Source: Octopus vulgaris (taxonomy: Eukaryota). From it: a stretch of 64,000 nucleotides of DNA. Positions 58,731-64,000 of this stretch are shown here, in pieces. The number at the start of each line of letters is the position of its first letter. Position 1 is the first letter of the stretch. Location of the stretch: NCBI GenBank assembly GCA_951406725.2, contig OX597825.1, positions 19,840,001 to 19,904,000 of the forward strand, written 5' to 3'. Under the pieces are notes generated by a model, which was not told the DNA's origin, searched no databases, and was given only the letters and a program-made list of their open reading frames with translations. The position numbers were made by a program, and so were the translations under genes.

Positions 58731-58970
58731 AGAGACCTGCATGGGGTGAATGCAGATGTCTTTAAAATAAAACTGGATCTCTTCTTGTCAGGTGTCCCAG
58801 ATGAACCAACTTCACGGCAGGAGGTGCAGATGAGGGCAGCTGCATCGAACTCTCTCATGCACCAAATGGCAGTTGCTAAAAAGCATTCGTGAAGTAAAAT
58901 CAATTAGCAACACCAAATGGCGGTGCCCCAGCATGGCCACAGCTTGTGAGCTGAAACTAGATAAAAAAAA
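58731..58970 (+). mobile_element. CR1-like LINE 3' end
   Basis: 58731-58892 encodes RDLHGVNADVFKIKLDLFLSGVPDEPTSRQEVQMRAAASNSLMHQMAVAKKHS* (FK..LD.FL..VPDEP motif), then a 3' UTR stem-loop and A tail. Confidence 0.82.
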
Positions 58971-59509
58971 TAAAATCGTTGAAATCTCAAAGCTACGTGA
59001 CAATACATGATTATCTCTAAAGAATGTGACTAAATAAGCATTACATTTGACAAATCCATCTCAATGCTGAAGGGGTAATTTGGCCCGTTATTTGCATACA
59101 TAAATACGCAAACCTGGATAACACTTCTCTCTCTACTGCATTCCTGTTTATTGACGGGGATTGTCGCTAGCTTGTGCTCAAACAGCTTGGCAAAGCGTAA
59201 GAACCAGAACAGATACTGCAAAAGCATATGTTTTAGTCCTGCCAAGTTGTCGTCTTAAACTGGTACATTTATATGGGCCTTGAAACGATAAAAGACAACC
59301 AATTACAAAATGTGAACGATGATGAGAAAACATCTTGTATATTAAATGCTGGAATAAACTGAACAGAAAAGAAACAGATTAAATAAAATCTCAACACTGG
59401 CTGAGCGTCTCTGGATTCTAAGCAAATACTGGCGGGTTCTTAATTGCAGCATAAGATCAAATTTTCCTCACCAGAAACCAACAAAAACACATATTGAAGT
59501 AAATTACGA

Positions 59510-59740
59510 TAACTAACTGCAGAGTATGTGGTGATGTGGAAGGAAAAATTAGGTGTCCAATCTTGGCGAAGAAAGAATATAACTACAGGCATGACAGAGT
59601 TAGGACTTACATACACTGGACTTTTCACTATGAGTATGGAATGCCAACAGGCAAAAGACGACAGACATACACAAGAAAAGGTCTCAGAAAATGCAAAAGC
59701 TCAGAATATGCCAATACACAAAACTAAGGAAATGGAGTCT
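59510..59740 (+). pseudogene. Dong/R4-type RLE LINE fragment (zinc knuckle to RHD region)
   Basis: CRVCGD...CPILAKKEYNYRHDRVRTYIHW...EKVSEN. Confidence 0.72.
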
Positions 59741-59794
59741 ATTCATAAAGATATTGATTAACAGAATCTGAAACATGAAGATACCTTGAGACCT

Positions 59795-60187
59795 AAGTAC
59801 CCATATCACGACATTGGACTATACCTAGATGAAGGATTGGGTACTTCCGATAGCTGTGACGGTTGTGACCCTAGATAATTTTAGAAAACAATTTCCCTCT
59901 ACCAATTAGGCCTTAAAATCGGATTCGCTACTAATCTGTCTAAAGTTGATTTTCTCGACGTTTTCTTAGACCTAAACTTCTCCTCTTATGAACCTTACCA
60001 TAAGTCCTCGAGAAACTTTCCTATATCCATAAACAGTCTTGTAACATACGCTACTTGTGGTATTTAAAACCTGATAGCTAACATTAGTAACATAGTATCT
60101 AAACTCTCTTCTTCTGAAGAAATTGTCGGGAAGGTAGGCCCCCACTATAACAATGACTTAGCCAATAATAATAGGAATAATAATAAC

Positions 60188-60250
<63 letters not shown>

Positions 60251-60530
60251 CCTCAAAATAGACCTAAGGAAATAATTTGGTACACCACCTCCTCTTCCGC
60301 CACCTTAACATAAGTTAACATAAAAAAAAGATGCGTGTCTCTCGTAAAAATATTTTCCAGAAAAACAGATGCGGAAAAATATTTAACAGGCGCTCAGTGA
60401 AATTATATAACTGGTGTCACTTTATGAAAAGCATCGTTACACGAGGACAAAACCAAGAGATCTTAGTTGCAAAGGTCGAGTCCCATGAATGTTTTATTAA
60501 ATCCGTCATATAAGAGCCAGAAGTTACTGT
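59795..60530 (+). pseudogene. Penelope-like (Neptune-type) RT C-terminus and linker toward GIY-YIG, decayed
   Basis: IGLYLDEGL (cf. GLYRDDGL), LGLKI...KVDFLDVFLDL..YEPYHK...YIHKQS, ISNIVSKLSSSEE, EIIWY, KIFNRRSVKL, IKSVI; (AAT)n expansion at 60165-60249. Confidence 0.8.
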
Positions 60531-60573
60531 AACGCTACAAATAACACAACCGATAAGAACTATACTGAACCAT

Positions 60574-61655
60574 GTGAAGGCGACTTCAAAAATAAGTGAA
60601 GTGTATAAAAAAATGGTGAACATGGTTTTGAAATCCAACTTGAATGCCAAAACTTTGATTAGTGTAATGAATATCTGGGCAGTTGCAGTGGTCAGATACA
60701 ATGCGTCCATCCTCAGATGGACTAAGGAAAAAATATCAACTCTGTATAGAAGGACGAGAAAGTGGATGACGCAGCATGGGGCGCTAACCCCGAAAGTAAA
60801 CGTAAAGAGATTGTATATGAAAAGAATGAATGGTGGAAGAGGACTAATTAGTATATGGAAGCACTCCGTCGGTTTAGACGACGAGGGTTCCGGTTGATCC
60901 GAATCAACGGAACAGCCTGCTCGTGAAATTAACGTGTAAGTGGCTGAGCACTCCACGTAGTTCTCGGGGATATTCAGCGTGACACAGAGAGTGACAAGGC
61001 CGGCCCTTTGAAATACAGGTACAACAGAAACAGGAAGTAAGAGTGAGAGAAAGTTGTGGTGAAAGAGTACAGCAGGGATCACCACCATCCCCTGCCGGAG
61101 CCTCGTGGAGCTTTAGGTGTTTTCGCTCAATAAACACTCACAACGCCCGGTCTGGGAATCGAAACCGCGATCCTATGACCGCGAGTCCGCTGCCCTAACC
61201 ACTGGGCCATTGCGCCTCCACTCTAATTAGTATAGACCATTGTATAAAGAGTGAAAGGAGAACGCTTGCTGTGTATTTGATAAATAATGATGAAGACCTG
61301 CTGCAATATGCTGCAAAAGCTATGGGTGTAAATGCAAATGAAATAATGGGTAAGGAAGTGTTTAAACAATGAGCTGAAGAGAAGAGAAATGATCTTGAAA
61401 TGAGAATGCATGGGCAGTCTGAAAGAAATACACAAGATGTTAAGGATAATACAGCATCGTAAACATGGCTTGAGCGAGATGATTTCAGGCATACCACCGA
61501 CAATCTGATCATTGCTGCCCAAGACCAGGCTCTCGCTACCAATTCAGTTAAATATAACATCTTTCAAACTTCTGACATTCAGAAATGCAGACTCTGTGGA
61601 AAGAGTGTGGAAAATGTGACCCACATGGTAAGTGGATGTGAGAGCCTTTCACATT
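60574..61655 (+). pseudogene. Dong/R4-type RLE LINE, RT thumb to CCHC knuckle, split by a SINE
   Basis: NLNAKTLISVMNIWAVAVVRY...RLYMKRMNGGRGL...MHGQ...IIAAQDQAL...CRLCGKSVENVTHMVSGC (C-x2-C-x8-H-x4-C). Confidence 0.88.
60856..61220 (-). mobile_element. SINE group C (tail type 2)
   Basis: Full head to tail; 12-bp TSD CTAATTAGTATA (60844-60855, 61223-61234). Confidence 0.92.
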
Positions 61656-61659
61656 AACT

Positions 61660-62555
61660 TATGGAGAAGAAAATGGATGACCAAATTGGAGGTAGAAGAG
61701 ATCACAATAGAAATGGAAAAGAAAGAGCAGGCAGTAAGAAAGACAAACAACCAAAGAAGAACCTAAAGGAAAAAATAATAATAGCGCTACCAATAAGGAA
61801 GGGACAACTGGCACCAACGAGTTAAGTGATTTAAGTGAGGAAGATCGGAAGTTTTTGGATGAGTTGCAGGAAGTAATGAGTAAAGAAGTAAGAAAAAGAT
61901 GGCCAGCATTAAAAGACATCAGCAGAAGGAAGTTACAAGAAATGACTAGGAATGTAGATTCTGTTATCTGTAGGATAGATAGCAAAAATATAGAAGACAC
62001 CAACTTATTGATCTGTCCAGGAGGGATAGTTGTCACCGGAAGATTGAATAGCTGAAAGGGAAAGATTTTAAAAAAGGGCAAATGTGGAAAAGTAGAATAC
62101 AAAATAAAGTGAAGACTTTAAGACAAGATCTGAATAGAATAAAAGCCTGGAAATCAAACACGTTAGGAAACACACGATGCAAATCTCCCCTCGGGAAAAG
62201 ATACTTAGTCAAAGAGAAAGGATTTGGGACAGTAATAGAAGAAACAGCGTATCATAGCTGTAGCAGGCAAGCTCTCCAGATATCGGAAAAGAATAGATCA
62301 ATATAAACAGAATAGATTATTTGAGACAGACCAGAGGAGATGTTATCACCAAATAAATAGTGGACAACGAAGTAATGAAGATGAAAAACCTAATACAGAA
62401 GAGGCTAAAAAGTTCTGGAATAATATTTGGGATAAGCCAATCAATCATAATAGAGATGCAGAAAGAAAGTGAGTGAGAATCAGCCAGATCTAAGATTAAC
62501 TAGTGCATTGATGAGTAAAGTTTTAGGAAAAATGCCGATTTGGAAGGGCCTAAGA
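61660..62555 (+). pseudogene. Dong/R4-type LINE N-terminal region up to the RT start
   Basis: DTNLLI..G.VV, WKSRIQNKVKTLRQDL, YKQNRLFETDQRR, KKFWNNIW, KMPIWKGP (cf. WKAPGPD). Confidence 0.78.
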
Positions 62556-62903
62556 CTAGTACTGTTTATGTTTCCTTAATACTAAATTGATGGGGATCAA
62601 GCATAAAACAGATATTAAAGGGGAGAACTAGTCCCCCTGGAACATTACTCTTTTGATATTCACTTTCCTTAAGAGTGTGTCACCTAAGTATAAATCTACT
62701 TTCCATTTTACTTCATGCTACAGCTTCCTAATTCTCTTGTGTTGTCTGCTATACTGAATATACTCAAACATTCACTTATCCCTGAGTGTTAGGTAATGTC
62801 ATAGGATTTCCTATAATCTATCCATGCTATGGTTAGATTTTTCTTTCTAGATTTTACTCCATTTAGAACCGCTTTGTCTATATATAATAGATCATGTAAA
62901 CCT

Positions 62904-63338
62904 CTAGCCTTCTTCCTGCAACATTTGTTCTTCTGGTTGTAAATTCTGCTTGTCGTAAATGCTTTCTGAAAACATTCTTCTTAACAGCTTACACACTAAT
63001 GGTAAGCAAGCCGTATTATTATGGTTGCTAGCTGTATTACCCTTGCCCTTATCTTTCATAATGAGAACTATCCTCCTTCTAGCCATCCAATCTGGTATTA
63101 TTACTCCATTAAGGCGATCTTGAAGTTGTTCCCTCAGCCTCCCATATAAACTACTGACTTTCTTTGCACTGGCTAAAGAAATTCAGTAGTTTATATGGGA
63201 GGCTGAGGGAACAACTTTAAGATCGCCTTAATGGAGTAATAATACCAGATTGGATGGCTAGAAGGGAGACATTGCTCATTATGAAAGATAAGGGCAAGGG
63301 TAATACAGCTAGCAACCATAATAATACAACTTGCTTAC
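62904..63338. mobile_element. Inverted duplication of a Dong/R4-type RT segment
   Basis: Arms 63002-63165 and 63175-63338; encodes IPDWMAR..I.LIMKDKGKG..ASN...ACLP...KLL. Confidence 0.85.
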
Positions 63339-63347
63339 TACGGTGGC

Positions 63348-63372
63348 AGTAGTAGTGGTGGTGGTGGTGGTG

Positions 63373-63438
<66 letters not shown>

Positions 63439-63488
63439 GTAGTAGTAGTAGCAGTAGTAGTAGTAGTAGTAGTAGTAGCAGTAGTAGC
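63348..63488. repeat. (TGG)n(TAG)n microsatellite
   Basis: Direct reading. Confidence 0.95.
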
Positions 63489-63609
63489 TAAAGAGAATAG
63501 AAAGTCCCAGATAATTGACTTTACAATAATATAATTTTACAATTTATATGAGAGGTATAGAAAAAATAGCAAAGTACCAGGATTTAGCGATTGAATTACA
63601 GAGAGTATG

Positions 63610-63917
63610 GAATAATTCATCTCAAGAAACATGTTTCTCTAGAAACATATGTTTCATTCAAAATCCTTAAACTACCTTTATTCAAGGACCATTTGAGTGG
63701 GATGGGTTACTCGACCTCAAGAAAATTCTAACTAGGCCCCAACTGCAAGTTCATGCGTTGTTTATCTTCATATAAGATCACTATTTTGCTCACATATGTT
63801 TGTGATGCATGTACCTGGTGTACCCTTATGAGACGGGTAGTCATGATAGGTATACCGGGCTTCGTATATTTTTACCCCGGTGTCACTTTGATAATATGCT
63901 CTGCTCTCTCACCCAAT
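63610..63917 (+). mobile_element. Group D element, 3' half
   Basis: Matches the reverse complement of 26361-26660 (TACTCGACCT.AAGAAAATTCTAACT, GTACCTGGTGTACCCTTAT.AGACGGGTAG, CTGCTCTCTCAC.CAATAA); (GAA)n tail. Confidence 0.8.
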
Positions 63918-64000
63918 AAGAAGAAGATGAAAATAAGAAGAAGAAAAAGAAGAAGAAAAAGAAGAAGAAAAAGAAGAAAATCAACAATATCTAACACAAT

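Overview
AT-rich, repeat-dominated eukaryotic DNA. The tRNA-SINE repertoire, huge (TA)n/(GATA)n/(TAG)n arrays and LINE mix point to a cephalopod, most likely Octopus (inference). No host protein-coding gene is supported, and almost all ORFs in the track are microsatellite or SINE read-through. Supported content: about 25 tRNA-derived SINE copies in three mosaic groups (A, B, C), several with clear TSDs; decayed LINEs (RTE x2, CR1-like x3, Dong/R4-type RLE pieces); a Penelope-like RT fragment; Mutator and Tc1/mariner transposase relics; a hAT-like MITE. The most interesting signal is a set of short non-coding elements in or beside (TA)n/(GA)n tracts that carry minimal hammerhead-ribozyme motifs and fold-back ends. 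One has an intact core (43768-43853, minus strand). Also visible are a SINE/LINE partner pair with a co-varying 3' stem-loop, SINE module swapping, and several long inverted repeats. All family assignments come from motif recognition by eye; no database search was run.
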